64,000 bases of DNA from an uncultured virus (IMG/VR IMGVR_UViG_3300025585_000041) (taxonomy: Duplodnaviria > Heunggongvirae > Uroviricota > Caudoviricetes), in the IMG/VR virus record IMGVR_UViG_3300025585_000041, positions 1 through 64,000 of that record; one strand, written 5' to 3'. The notes under the pieces were generated by a model. The model had not been told where the DNA came from. It did not search any database and worked only from the letters and a program-made list of their open reading frames with translations. Shown here piece after piece: positions 20,955-31,309 of the stretch (within the stretch, counting starts at the first letter, position 1; each line of letters opens with the position of its first letter). The translations under genes were made by a program, and so were the position numbers.

Positions 20955-21145
20955 TGATTAAATGTAAAAAATGTTTAAAAAATATGATGGTAGACAGAGT
21001 ATACAACTCATTCTCTCATATAGAAATATATTGTTTTATTTGTGGATCAAGAAAATTTTTTCATCCACCGTCTGATTCGGAGGAAGGTAGATGGTTGCTA
21101 AAAAAGGAATTAGAACGAGCGAAGAATACAATCTCTCCCCTGTAA
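20954..21145 (+). CDS. Small zinc-ribbon protein
   Basis: CKKC...CFICG. Confidence 0.65.
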   Translation: MIKCKKCLKNMMVDRVYNSFSHIEIYCFICGSRKFFHPPSDSEEGRWLLKKELERAKNTISPL

Positions 21146-21633
21146 TTCAGGGTAGTAAAAAAATTTGGTTTTTAAATAAAGATCTTGTAAGGGTGATTCA
21201 TTCTAATAGATCAAATGGCATTATGTCTATTTATAATATTACAAAAGATAAAATTGAAAGTTGTTTAATAAGCGAATTTAAAAATAAAAAAGAAAGAGCA
21301 TATACTGTATCAGAAGCAGCAGATCTTGTCAATAGACATAGAAAATATATGCCAACATTAATGAAACGTGGAATAATACCTACTCCGATTGGAGCACAAA
21401 AAGATGGTAAAAGAGGATGGCAAGTAAGATCTTATTATTCAGAATCGCAAGTTAAAGAGATTCGTGATATACTGGCTACATACCATATTGGTAGACCAAG
21501 AAAAGATAATTTAATAACAAACGATATCACTCCCACTAAGGCTGAATTGACACGCAGAATGGGAGATGGTATACTAACATATACAAAGACTGAAGATGGT
21601 AGATATATACCAGTTTGGTCAGAATCAATATAG
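21091..21633 (+). CDS. MerR-like HTH DNA-binding protein
   Basis: YTVSEAADLVNRHRKY...RSYYSESQV; GGAGG RBS. Confidence 0.65.
   Translation: MVAKKGIRTSEEYNLSPVIQGSKKIWFLNKDLVRVIHSNRSNGIMSIYNITKDKIESCLISEFKNKKERAYTVSEAADLVNRHRKYMPTLMKRGIIPTPIGAQKDGKRGWQVRSYYSESQVKEIRDILATYHIGRPRKDNLITNDITPTKAELTRRMGDGILTYTKTEDGRYIPVWSESI
21547..21575 (+). promoter_or_regulatory. Sigma-70/SigA-type promoter inside CDS, upstream of replication genes
   Basis: TTGACA-17 nt-TATACT with TG extension. Confidence 0.75.
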
Positions 21634-21647
21634 CAGAAGGGTATGAA

Positions 21648-21854
21648 ATGGAAGATACAAAAGTATCAGTAACACTTGGCTACACACTCAATCTTGGAAA
21701 CTTTCAATCTTTAAGATTAGACTTAGGTGTAGTAGATTCAAAGCGTGATGGTGAAAATACAGATCAAGCATTTGAACGTGTATATAAATTTGTTGAAGAT
21801 AAGTTAACAACAAAAATTACAGAAGCAAAAGCAGAACTAGCCGAAAGCGAGTAG
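21648..21854 (+). CDS. Hypothetical protein
   Basis: ATG 21648; GYTLNLGNFQSLRLD. Confidence 0.65.
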   Translation: MEDTKVSVTLGYTLNLGNFQSLRLDLGVVDSKRDGENTDQAFERVYKFVEDKLTTKITEAKAELAESE

Positions 21855-21855
21855 T

Positions 21856-22164
21856 GTGACAGACAAACAGAAGCGCATGGCTCTGTTGAGTAGGTTTGAT
21901 AAACACTATAAGTTTAAACTAGGACAAGGGCCACAGTATAATAAGTGGATTGAACAATGGTCTGCTGATGCATTAGTAGAGTCTTATGGACTTGATAAAT
22001 GTTATCAATTATTAGAATATTATTTTGAAGTTACGGATAATCCAACATGGAATCATTTTGCTTATATTGCACATGATATACTGGAAGCAATACATCAACA
22101 ACAAAAAGATTTAGAAGAAAGACAGCAGCGTAGGGAAAAAGCAAAGGAATGGCTAAGTGAATAA
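21856..22164 (+). CDS. Hypothetical protein (possible helicase loader)
   Basis: GTG start; overlaps the helicase start; function from position only. Confidence 0.55.
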   Translation: MTDKQKRMALLSRFDKHYKFKLGQGPQYNKWIEQWSADALVESYGLDKCYQLLEYYFEVTDNPTWNHFAYIAHDILEAIHQQQKDLEERQQRREKAKEWLSE

Positions 22165-23383
22165 TTCAGAATCAAAACTTATATCTGCCGTTCTTAAAGA
22201 TAAGCAAGCGCATGTTATGCTTCAGGCCAATGTTGAGGGCATACTAAAAACACACTTAGATGTTTGGCAATTTATAAGAAAATATTATGAGCATAATGGA
22301 ACAGTTCCTCCAACAGAATTAGTTGTAGAAAAATTTAGAGATTTTGAACCAGTAGATGGAATTGGTTCTACAAAGCATCATCTTGAAGAGTTACAATCTG
22401 AATATCTAGTTAATAGTCTTAAAGATATATTAAGATCTGCTGCGACAGAAGTTCAGGGTGGTCTTGGTGTCGAGGCATTAGAATCTTTAATATCAAAAAC
22501 AGCAGAACTTAGAAAAAACACAGCAGCAATTCGTGATATAGATGTAACAGATTTAGATTCTGCTATTGCATATTTTGAAAATCTTAAAAAGCAACAAGAG
22601 GCTGGTGCCCTTGGAATTAAAACTGGACTTCCAGGATTTGATAATTATTTGCCTTCTGGAATTATGCCAGGACAATTAGGAGTCTTTCTTGCATATCCAG
22701 GCATAGGAAAGTCATGGTTGTCCCTCTATTTTGCTGTACAGGCTTGGAAACAGGGTCGTAGTCCAATGATTATAAGTCTTGAAATGTCTGAGACAGAAGT
22801 GCGTAATCGTGTATTTGCAATTATGGGCGAAGGATTATGGTCACATCGTAAATTAAGTGCTGGTCAAATTGAAATGGACATGTTGAAATCTTGGCATACT
22901 AAAAATGTTCAGGGTAGACCAGAATTTCATATCATATCAAACGATACAGGCGGAGATATAACTCCATTAGTTTTACGTGGCAAAATAGATCAATATAAAC
23001 CAGACTTTGTTATTGTAGATTATTTACAATTAATGAGTCCTAATACTAAGTCTGACAATGAAACTATTCGTATGAAAAATCTTTCACGTGAATTAAAGTT
23101 AATGGCAATCGCTGAAGAAGTCCCAATTATTGCCATATCATCTGCTACCCCCGATGATGTCACTAAACTTGAAACAGTTCCAACACTTGGTCAAACAGCA
23201 TGGTCACGTCAAATTGCCTATGATGCTGACTGGGTTCTTGCTTTAGGTAGGGCTACAAATAGCGATATTATAGAATGCGTATTTCGCAAGAATCGCAATG
23301 GTTTTATGGGTGAATTTTTGGTTCAGGCTGACTTTGACAAGGGATATTATAGGTATAAAGATTATGAAGATAAGTCAGTATAA
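22157..23383 (+). CDS. dnaB: DnaB-like replicative helicase
   Basis: Walker A AYPGIGKS, SLEM, VIVDYLQL, DAD, KNRNG. Confidence 0.93.
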   Translation: MNNSESKLISAVLKDKQAHVMLQANVEGILKTHLDVWQFIRKYYEHNGTVPPTELVVEKFRDFEPVDGIGSTKHHLEELQSEYLVNSLKDILRSAATEVQGGLGVEALESLISKTAELRKNTAAIRDIDVTDLDSAIAYFENLKKQQEAGALGIKTGLPGFDNYLPSGIMPGQLGVFLAYPGIGKSWLSLYFAVQAWKQGRSPMIISLEMSETEVRNRVFAIMGEGLWSHRKLSAGQIEMDMLKSWHTKNVQGRPEFHIISNDTGGDITPLVLRGKIDQYKPDFVIVDYLQLMSPNTKSDNETIRMKNLSRELKLMAIAEEVPIIAISSATPDDVTKLETVPTLGQTAWSRQIAYDADWVLALGRATNSDIIECVFRKNRNGFMGEFLVQADFDKGYYRYKDYEDKSV

Positions 23384-23391
23384 TATGTGCC

Positions 23392-23718
23392 ATGGAGACA
23401 TATCAGCACAAACCTATAAAAAGGTTTGGGATGGACGGAGTTATTTATGATGACTCCTCTATATATAGATTACAGCAAGAATATATCAGATTATTGGTAT
23501 CTGAAATGCGCTTGTCTGGATATGTTCCAAGATTTGATATTGACCCTCAGTTTACAATAGAATACAATGAAAAAAATAATACATATAATTTTATATTAAG
23601 TATATATGGAATATATATAGGGAGAAAAAAGAGCGAATGGATACTAGGAATAGACGGTACGAAAGCAGTTCATACACAGCCAACCAGATTAAAAGAGTTC
23701 TCTCAGGATCTGGCATAA
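23392..23718 (+). CDS. Hypothetical protein
   Basis: ATG 7 nt after TATAAT (23379-23384); overlaps primase start by 82 nt. Confidence 0.6.
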   Translation: METYQHKPIKRFGMDGVIYDDSSIYRLQQEYIRLLVSEMRLSGYVPRFDIDPQFTIEYNEKNNTYNFILSIYGIYIGRKKSEWILGIDGTKAVHTQPTRLKEFSQDLA

Positions 23719-24581
23719 ATATAGAAAAAGAGGCAGAGTCTGAGTATGTTGTTTTTTGTCCATTTCACTCAAACCATAGGACCCCTGCTGCAGAAATAAA
23801 TAAGTTTAGTGGATTGTTTTTTTGTTTTTCTTGTAGTCATACTGCAGATTTAATAGAATTAGTTATGCATTGTTCAAATAGGACATATTTTGAGGCTATT
23901 AGATTTATTAAAAGCAAAGAGGTTGAGGTTGATATTCTTTCTGATATATCTTCTAAGTTAGTAGAAAAAGAAGAATGGTCTGAGTTTGATATTAATGTAA
24001 TAGATAGACTTTCCGATCAGGCATTATCAAACGATAGAGCCAAACAATATTTTGATGGCAGGAAAATAACAGAGAATTCTATTAAAAAATTTAAACTTGG
24101 ATATTCTGAAAATCAAGATATGGTAACTATACCTGTTCATAACCATGATGGACTATGTGTTGGATTTGTCGCTAGGTCTATAAGTGGAAAGGAATTTAAA
24201 AATACTCCAGGACTTCCAAAATCAAAATTACTATTTAATTTAAATCGCATTAAAAATGCAAGTCGTGTATATGTTGTAGAGTCATCATTTGATGCAATAA
24301 GACTAGATCAGGTTGGTCTACCAGCAGTTGCTACCTTAGGAGCAAATGTATCATCAAAACAAATATCATTGCTTCAAAAATATTTTAACGATATAGTTAT
24401 TATTGCTGATAATGATGATGCAGGAAACAATATGAAACAAAAAATATTAGAAAGATTAAATAACTCTGTTTCTATAATAAACCTAGAAAGTAAATATAAA
24501 GATATCGGGGATATGGATGATTCTGATATAATTAAGATAGATAAAAGTTTTACCGATCAAATACAAAGGATGTTAGTATGA
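23637..24581 (+). CDS. dnaG: DNA primase (CHC2 zinc finger + TOPRIM)
   Basis: CPFH...CFSC; VVESSFD; ADNDDAG; KDIGD. Confidence 0.92.
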   Translation: MDTRNRRYESSSYTANQIKRVLSGSGINIEKEAESEYVVFCPFHSNHRTPAAEINKFSGLFFCFSCSHTADLIELVMHCSNRTYFEAIRFIKSKEVEVDILSDISSKLVEKEEWSEFDINVIDRLSDQALSNDRAKQYFDGRKITENSIKKFKLGYSENQDMVTIPVHNHDGLCVGFVARSISGKEFKNTPGLPKSKLLFNLNRIKNASRVYVVESSFDAIRLDQVGLPAVATLGANVSSKQISLLQKYFNDIVIIADNDDAGNNMKQKILERLNNSVSIINLESKYKDIGDMDDSDIIKIDKSFTDQIQRMLV

Positions 24582-24877
24582 AAAATAAAAATCATATGGA
24601 ATGGTTACAGGCTTTAAAAACCATGGGTCATAAAGAATATTGGACAAAGGCAAACATTGTAGAATTTTTTGCTTTTGTTGCCAAAGCAATAATTATTTTA
24701 CCAGGATTACTGTTTGATGTGAGTGTATGGTGGTTTTATATATTTGCATTAGTATCAAGTATTGGACTTATTTGGTCATCTACTGTTAAAACAATACCTA
24801 CCCTAATTTGGTTTAATATTTTATGGTCAATCCTTGCAATACTTTATATTGCAAAATATTTTGGAGTTATTCTTTGA
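24578..24877 (+). CDS. Small membrane protein (about 3 TM)
   Basis: Hydrophobic segments; overlaps both neighbours. Confidence 0.65.
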   Translation: MKNKNHMEWLQALKTMGHKEYWTKANIVEFFAFVAKAIIILPGLLFDVSVWWFYIFALVSSIGLIWSSTVKTIPTLIWFNILWSILAILYIAKYFGVIL

Positions 24878-26331
24878 AAGTAGTTGTTGCTGGAGGCGGT
24901 ACTGCTGGATATCTTGCTGCTTTAACAATTAATAAAAGATTGCCACATGCAGACATAACGGTAATAGATAGTTCTAGAGTTGGGGTGCTGGGTGCTGGAG
25001 AAGGAACCACAACTAACTTTGCTTATATTTTTGATGAATTAGAATTACCAATAGATAAATTTATAGAGCATACTGGGTCAACATTAAAGAACGGTATAAA
25101 ATTTATAGGATGGTCTAAAAGACAAGATTCATACTTTCATCCATTAATAAATTATGTATCTGATAATGATCTTACAAAAGAAGAACAATTAGAATTATTT
25201 AAGTTAGCATCTATAGAAGTTATGTCAAATAATAATAATTTAGATGATATTAATAAAGGACTTAGTGCTACAAATAAAAATAAACTATCTTGGCCATATA
25301 TTGGATGGCATTTAGATGCTATTAAATTAGCAGAATTTTTTAAAGAAGAGTCAACAAAAAGAGGAATAAAAATAATAGATGATAAAATTAAACATGTTGG
25401 AGAGTTTAATGGAAATATTACTGTTATACACTGTGAGTCTGGTTCTTATCAATGTGATTTTTTAATAGATGCTACTGGATTTAAAAATTTATTTGTTGGG
25501 CATCACTTACAATCTGAATGGGTTGATACATCAGAAAGTTTACCTTGTACTAAAGCATTAGCATTCTTTTTACCACAAGATGAAAATTATTCTATGTGTA
25601 CAGAAATTATAGCAATGAAATATGGTTGGGTATGGAAGACACCGTTAAAACATAGATATGGATGCGGATATGTATACGATCCAAAATATACATCTAAGGA
25701 AAATGCATTAGAAGAAATTTATACTCTTTTTAAAAAAGAAGATGTCAAAGTAGTTAATCATTTTGATTTTAAACCAGGATATTATAAAACACCATGGGTT
25801 AAAAATTGTTTATCTGTTGGGCTTGCTGCGGGATTCTTTGAACCATTACATGCTACGTCTATTATGCTTACTATATACATGTTAAGATTGTTTACGTCTC
25901 CAGAATTTTTAACTGAATATACATTAAATAATAATGAAACAGTTATTGAAAAATATAATGATTTGATATTACAAAAAAATAAAGAACTATTAGGATTTAT
26001 TTATATACATTATTTAACTGACAAAGATAATTCTGAATTTTGGAAAAACTTTAAAATAGAAAATAAAATGCCAGAATATGCAGAAAATGTATTAAGAGAA
26101 TTAGATAAAGATTATATATCACAATACGTTATTTCAAATACTAATAAAACATTTGGATATCAGTCATGGATGACTACATATGTAAATACTGGACAGTTTA
26201 ATAGATCTAATTTGTATTCAGATTTGCAAACTAAGCAAGCATATGATAAACTGTATAATGAAGCAAAAAACTTTGAAGGAATAGATGTTAAAGAGTATTT
26301 ATCTAAGCACTTGACAGATGTTACCTTTTAA
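24874..26331 (+). CDS. Flavin-dependent halogenase (tryptophan halogenase family)
   Basis: TTG start after GGAG; GGGTAG, GAGEGT, TLKNGIKF (catalytic Lys position), DATG, GWVWKTP, FFEPLHATS. Confidence 0.85.
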   Translation: MKVVVAGGGTAGYLAALTINKRLPHADITVIDSSRVGVLGAGEGTTTNFAYIFDELELPIDKFIEHTGSTLKNGIKFIGWSKRQDSYFHPLINYVSDNDLTKEEQLELFKLASIEVMSNNNNLDDINKGLSATNKNKLSWPYIGWHLDAIKLAEFFKEESTKRGIKIIDDKIKHVGEFNGNITVIHCESGSYQCDFLIDATGFKNLFVGHHLQSEWVDTSESLPCTKALAFFLPQDENYSMCTEIIAMKYGWVWKTPLKHRYGCGYVYDPKYTSKENALEEIYTLFKKEDVKVVNHFDFKPGYYKTPWVKNCLSVGLAAGFFEPLHATSIMLTIYMLRLFTSPEFLTEYTLNNNETVIEKYNDLILQKNKELLGFIYIHYLTDKDNSEFWKNFKIENKMPEYAENVLRELDKDYISQYVISNTNKTFGYQSWMTTYVNTGQFNRSNLYSDLQTKQAYDKLYNEAKNFEGIDVKEYLSKHLTDVTF

Positions 26332-26339
26332 TGTATACT
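26311..26339 (+). promoter_or_regulatory. Sigma-70/SigA-type promoter for ssb-dnaE-recA
   Basis: TTGACA-17 nt-TATACT, then AAAGGAG RBS. Confidence 0.8.
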
Positions 26340-26361
26340 AGTATAAAACAAAGGAGAAAAA

Positions 26362-27024
26362 ATGAGCGTTATTAAGGGACTAAAAAATATCAACGCCCTG
26401 CTCGATAAGAAAAATGATGAAGGTGCACCAAAGGTGCGATGGCTCAAGTTGGCAGATGGACAATCTGTAAAGATTAGATTCATCGAAGAACTTGATGAAG
26501 ATTCTGCACATTATGTAGAAGACCGTGGTCTTGCACTTGTTGTAAAAGAACATACAAATCCAAAGGACTATAAGCGTAAGGCTGTAGACACAATGGATAC
26601 AGAAGGTCGTGACTGGGCTGAAGAGATGTATCGCAAAGATCCAAAGGGAAACAGTGGATGGCGTGGTCGTCTTCGTTTTTATTGTAATGTTCTTGTTGAT
26701 GATGGGATTGAAGATAAGCCCTATGTCGCAATTTGGTCTATGGGTGTAAGCAAGCAATCCGCATTCAATACAATTCGTGAATATGCACTAGAAACTGGTA
26801 GCATTTCAAATTTACAATGGAAGTTAAAGCGTAATGGTCAGGGAACTGAAACATCTTATACTTTAATTCCATCTGCTCCAGATAAGGAGCCATTTAAGTG
26901 GGAAGGTATTGAGCCATACCCATTGGAGAAGGCGCTTCGTCGTGTGCCATATGCCGAACAAGAAGCATTTTATCTTGGATTCGACTCTCCATCTACTACA
27001 TCAGCGACAAACATCGACTGGTAG
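26362..27024 (+). CDS. Single-stranded DNA-binding protein (gp32-like)
   Basis: LKLADGQSVKIRF, KLKRNGQGTETSYTL; acidic/aromatic tail; precedes polymerase. Confidence 0.7.
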   Translation: MSVIKGLKNINALLDKKNDEGAPKVRWLKLADGQSVKIRFIEELDEDSAHYVEDRGLALVVKEHTNPKDYKRKAVDTMDTEGRDWAEEMYRKDPKGNSGWRGRLRFYCNVLVDDGIEDKPYVAIWSMGVSKQSAFNTIREYALETGSISNLQWKLKRNGQGTETSYTLIPSAPDKEPFKWEGIEPYPLEKALRRVPYAEQEAFYLGFDSPSTTSATNIDW

Positions 27025-27027
27025 TAG

Positions 27028-30000
27028 ATGAACTACGTACCACTTCATTTACATACCCATTTTTCACTATTTGACGGAATTGGGTTGCCGTCTGAATATG
27101 TTGAACGTGCTAAAAACTTGGGTATGCCTGCAATATCGATTACAGACCATGGCTCCCTTTCTGGCCATAGAGAGATGTATCGTGTTGCTAAAGCAAGTGG
27201 TATAAAGCCTATTCTTGGCATAGAAGGTTATATGTGTGAGGATCGCTTTGATCAAAGAGATAAAGGCGAAAGAACCGATCAACTAGATATGGTTTATAAC
27301 CATATAATCCTTCTAGCCAAGAACAAGGTTGGTTTAGAAAATCTGAATAAATTAAATGAAATTGCTTGGACAGAAGGTTATTACAAAAAACCCAGAATAG
27401 ATTTTGAAGTTCTTTCCAAATACAAAGAGGGCATAATTGTATCTTCTGCATGCCCAAGCGGAATCGTTGCTAAATCAATTGAACTTGGTGAACTTGGTAT
27501 GGCAAAGAAATATATTAAATGGTTTAAAGAAGAATTTGGTGGTGATTATTATCTTGAGGTAATGCCACATAATAATGAATCAATTAATAGAACAATTTTA
27601 CAGTTAGCAGATGAATTTAATATTAAGCCAATTGTAACTCCAGACTGTCATCATGTTGATCAATCACAAAAAGAGATTCAAGAATTAAAATTAATTCTTA
27701 ATACATATTCTAATAAGATTCAAAAAGATGCTACATATGAAAAGTCTAAAAAGCAAGGTGACTTAATGAAGCGTCTTGATTATTTATATGGTGCTGATAG
27801 ACAGATGTCATTTAATAAGTTTGATATTCACCTATTATCTTATGAAGAAATCAAAGAGGCAATGGAAAAGCAGGCGGTATGGAGAACTGACATTTATGAA
27901 AATACTATTGATCTTGCCAATAAGATTGAAGATTATGACATACAAGATGGATTAAATTTATTGCCAGTTCAATATAAAAATCCAGATAAACAATTAAAAG
28001 AACTGGCTATTGAGGGTTTGAAAGATAAAGGGCTTGACACTAATCAAGAATATCTTGATAGACTTGAAGAAGAATTAAAGGTTATTAAAGATAAAAATTT
28101 TGGACCTTATTTTCTAGTTGTACAAAGCATGATTTCATGGGCTAAAAAAGAAGGAATCATGGTTGGTCCAGGTCGTGGATCTTCTGCTGGATCTCTTTTG
28201 TGTTATGCATTAGGTATTACAGATATTGACCCATTAAAACACGGACTTCTATTCTTCCGATTTATTAATCCAGAGCGTAATGACTTTCCAGATATTGATA
28301 CAGATATTCAAGATTCTCGTCGTGACGAAGTAAAAGATTATCTTGTTAGACAATATAAGCATGTTGCTTCTATTGCTACATTTTTAGAATTTAAGGATAA
28401 AGGTGTTGTGCGAGATGTTGCTCGTGCATTAAATATTCCATTAGCAGATGTAAACAAAGTATTGAAGTTAGTAGATACATGGGATGAATATTGTACTTCA
28501 AAAACAACTGCATGGTTTAGAGAAAAATATCCAGAGGTGGAACAATATGGAGAACAACTTCGTGGCCGTATTAGAGGTACTGGCATACATGCTGCTGGTG
28601 TTGTCACTAGTAAAAATCCTATTTTTAGGTACGCACCGATGGAGACACGCAACTCTCCTGGCAGCGATGATCGTATACCAGTTGTGGCAGTTGATATGGA
28701 AGAGGCTGAAAAAATCGGACTCATCAAAATCGACGCACTTGGTCTTAAAACTTTAAGTGTTATTAATGATACCTTAAAGATTATTAAGGAAAGAGAAGGA
28801 ACAGAAATAAATCTTTTAGGACTAGATATGCAAGACCAAAAGGTTTACCAAATGCTTTCTGAAGGCTATACAAAAGGTGTATTTCAATGTGAAGCAACAC
28901 CATATACAAACCTTTTAGTTAAAATGGGAGTAAAAAATCTTGCTGAATTGGCTGCATCAAATGCTCTTGTTCGCCCAGGAGCCATGAATACTATTGGAAA
29001 AGATTATATTGAAAGAAAGCATGGTAGGCAGTCAGTTAATTATTTGCACCAAACCATGAAACCTTTTACAGAAGAAACATATGGGTGTATCCTATACCAA
29101 GAGCAGGTTATGCAAGCCTGTGTTCAGTTGGGAGGAATGTCGTGGTCTGAGGCTGATAAAGTTCGTAAGATCATTGGTAAAAAGAAAGATGCTAGAGAGT
29201 TTGATGCGTTTCGTGATAAGTTCGTTGATGGTGCTTCTAAGTTTATTAGTCCTAATCAGGCTCGTGATTTATGGCATGACTTTGAGGCGCATGCGGGTTA
29301 TTCGTTCAACAAGTCTCATGCGGTTGCTTACTCTACGCTCTCGTATTGGACGGCATGGCTAAAGTATTATTATCCAATTGAGTTTATGTACTCATTGCTA
29401 AAAAATGAAAGGGACAAGGATGCACGAACTGAATATCTTATTGAAGCGAAAAGAATGGGCATTAGCATTAAGTTGCCTCACATTAATGATTCGGATATTG
29501 ATTTTAAAATTGAGGGTAAGGGTATTCGGTTTGGACTCTCGGGGATCAAGTTCATCTCTGATAAAATTGCAGAACGCTATATATCGGCACGACCTTTTAA
29601 ATCTTTTGAAGCACTTAGAGATTTCACGTTTACAAAAGGAAATGGAGTAAACAGTAGAGCATTGGAAGCATTAAGAGTTATTGGTGCTGCAACATTTCCA
29701 GATAATCCAAGAAATGATAATGAGATTCGTGAAAATCTTTATGAATATTTAGGTTTGCCAGAATTCACGCAGACAGTTCCATCACACTATCATGCTTTTA
29801 TAAATCCTGTAGAAGATTTTGAAGAAAAAGGATCTTTTATTCTTATGGGAATGGTTAAAGGAATTAAGCGTGGCAAAGGTTGGTCTCGTGTAGAAATATT
29901 AGATAAGACTGGAAGCATAGGAGTATTTGATGAAGAGCAAACAACAATTGAGGCTGGACGAAGTTATATTGCACTCTGTTCTGATAATAGAATTGTTAGT

Positions 30001-30306
30001 GCTGTTCCTGTGGATGAAATAAAAAATTCAGATGCTGCATTAATTAAGTTTTTAAATTACAGGATGCTACCATACAAAGATGATGAACTATTTGTAATAT
30101 CATTCAAGCCTAGAATAACAAAAGCAGGCAAAAAAATGGCTTCTTTAACTTTGGCAGATACTTCTAGAGAACTTCATCCAGTAACAGTATTTCCTACTGC
30201 ATTTGCTAAAGCATATATGAAGATTGAAGAAGGACATGCATATAAATTTGAATTGGGTAAAACTAAAGACGGTACAGTAATATTGGAGGATATAAATGTC
30301 GGTTAG
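27028..30306 (+). CDS. dnaE: DNA polymerase III alpha subunit
   Basis: PHP motifs HLHTH, TDHG, DCH; GPGRGSSAGS; PDIDTD; HAAG; KIDALGL; FNKSH. Confidence 0.96.
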   Translation: MNYVPLHLHTHFSLFDGIGLPSEYVERAKNLGMPAISITDHGSLSGHREMYRVAKASGIKPILGIEGYMCEDRFDQRDKGERTDQLDMVYNHIILLAKNKVGLENLNKLNEIAWTEGYYKKPRIDFEVLSKYKEGIIVSSACPSGIVAKSIELGELGMAKKYIKWFKEEFGGDYYLEVMPHNNESINRTILQLADEFNIKPIVTPDCHHVDQSQKEIQELKLILNTYSNKIQKDATYEKSKKQGDLMKRLDYLYGADRQMSFNKFDIHLLSYEEIKEAMEKQAVWRTDIYENTIDLANKIEDYDIQDGLNLLPVQYKNPDKQLKELAIEGLKDKGLDTNQEYLDRLEEELKVIKDKNFGPYFLVVQSMISWAKKEGIMVGPGRGSSAGSLLCYALGITDIDPLKHGLLFFRFINPERNDFPDIDTDIQDSRRDEVKDYLVRQYKHVASIATFLEFKDKGVVRDVARALNIPLADVNKVLKLVDTWDEYCTSKTTAWFREKYPEVEQYGEQLRGRIRGTGIHAAGVVTSKNPIFRYAPMETRNSPGSDDRIPVVAVDMEEAEKIGLIKIDALGLKTLSVINDTLKIIKEREGTEINLLGLDMQDQKVYQMLSEGYTKGVFQCEATPYTNLLVKMGVKNLAELAASNALVRPGAMNTIGKDYIERKHGRQSVNYLHQTMKPFTEETYGCILYQEQVMQACVQLGGMSWSEADKVRKIIGKKKDAREFDAFRDKFVDGASKFISPNQARDLWHDFEAHAGYSFNKSHAVAYSTLSYWTAWLKYYYPIEFMYSLLKNERDKDARTEYLIEAKRMGISIKLPHINDSDIDFKIEGKGIRFGLSGIKFISDKIAERYISARPFKSFEALRDFTFTKGNGVNSRALEALRVIGAATFPDNPRNDNEIRENLYEYLGLPEFTQTVPSHYHAFINPVEDFEEKGSFILMGMVKGIKRGKGWSRVEILDKTGSIGVFDEEQTTIEAGRSYIALCSDNRIVSAVPVDEIKNSDAALIKFLNYRMLPYKDDELFVISFKPRITKAGKKMASLTLADTSRELHPVTVFPTAFAKAYMKIEEGHAYKFELGKTKDGTVILEDINVG

Positions 30307-31309
30307 CCTTGAAGATGTATTAGCACAACTAAACCCTAAATTAAGAAAAAGCATTCTTGTTGGTGACGAAGTTCCAAAGACAGAATATGCCGTAACACCA
30401 AGTTTTGGATTAAATCGTGCACTGAATGGTGGTTTGCCTTATGGTCGCCAAGTGCTTATTTGGGGATCAAAGTCATCCGCCAAATCATCTCTATGTCTTC
30501 AGACAATTGCACTGGCTCAAAAAGAAGGCAAAATATGTGCATGGATAGACGCAGAAATGTCTTATGATAAAGATTGGGCAGAAAAATTAGGAGTAGATAC
30601 ATCTAAATTAATTGTTTCTCAGGCAAGGACAATAAATGAAATGGTCGATGTTGGAGTAAATCTAATAGAGGCTGGAGTGGATATTATTGTTGTTGATTCA
30701 ATTACGTCTTTGCTGCCAGCAATTTATTTTGAAAAAGATTCGTCAGAATTGAAGCAGTTAGAAAATACAAAACAAATTGGTGCTGAGTCTCGTGACTTTA
30801 GCAATGCCTGGAAAATGCTTAACTATGCAAATAATAAAGCGAAGCCAACATTGCTAATACTTATTTCTCAATCTAGAAATAATATTAATGCTATGTATAC
30901 AAGCCAGCAACCAACTGGAGGGCAGGCAACTAAGTTTTATTCTTCTACTGTAGTTAAATTATTTTCATCTGAATCTGATAATCAAGCACTGAAAGGAAAA
31001 ATATATGTTGGTGACAAGGCTATTGAAGAAAAAGTTGGTAGAAAGATTAGATGGGAACTCCAGTTTTCCAAAACTTCTCCTGCTTTTCAGTCTGGTGAGT
31101 ATGACTTCTATTTTAGAGGCGATAGTTTGGGCATTGATTCTGTCGCTGATCTTGTTGACACTGCTGAACTTGTTGGCATAGTAGAACGTACTGGAGCATG
31201 GTACTTGCTTCCAGATGGATCTAAGGTTCAAGGAAGAGATGCCTTTGTAAATCGTGTAAGAGAGGATCTTGATCTACAAGATATGATTAAGAATAAGATT
31301 AGTGGATAA
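30296..31309 (+). CDS. recA: RecA/UvsX-like recombinase
   Basis: GGLPYGR, GSKSSAKS P-loop variant, WIDAE, IVVDS, TGG.A.KFY. Confidence 0.92.
   Translation: MSVSLEDVLAQLNPKLRKSILVGDEVPKTEYAVTPSFGLNRALNGGLPYGRQVLIWGSKSSAKSSLCLQTIALAQKEGKICAWIDAEMSYDKDWAEKLGVDTSKLIVSQARTINEMVDVGVNLIEAGVDIIVVDSITSLLPAIYFEKDSSELKQLENTKQIGAESRDFSNAWKMLNYANNKAKPTLLILISQSRNNINAMYTSQQPTGGQATKFYSSTVVKLFSSESDNQALKGKIYVGDKAIEEKVGRKIRWELQFSKTSPAFQSGEYDFYFRGDSLGIDSVADLVDTAELVGIVERTGAWYLLPDGSKVQGRDAFVNRVREDLDLQDMIKNKISG

Noticed and set aside
29081..29650. Overprinted + strand ORFs and a locally GC-richer patch inside dnaE
   Set aside because: Short, no RBS or motifs; explained by codon choice in a conserved region
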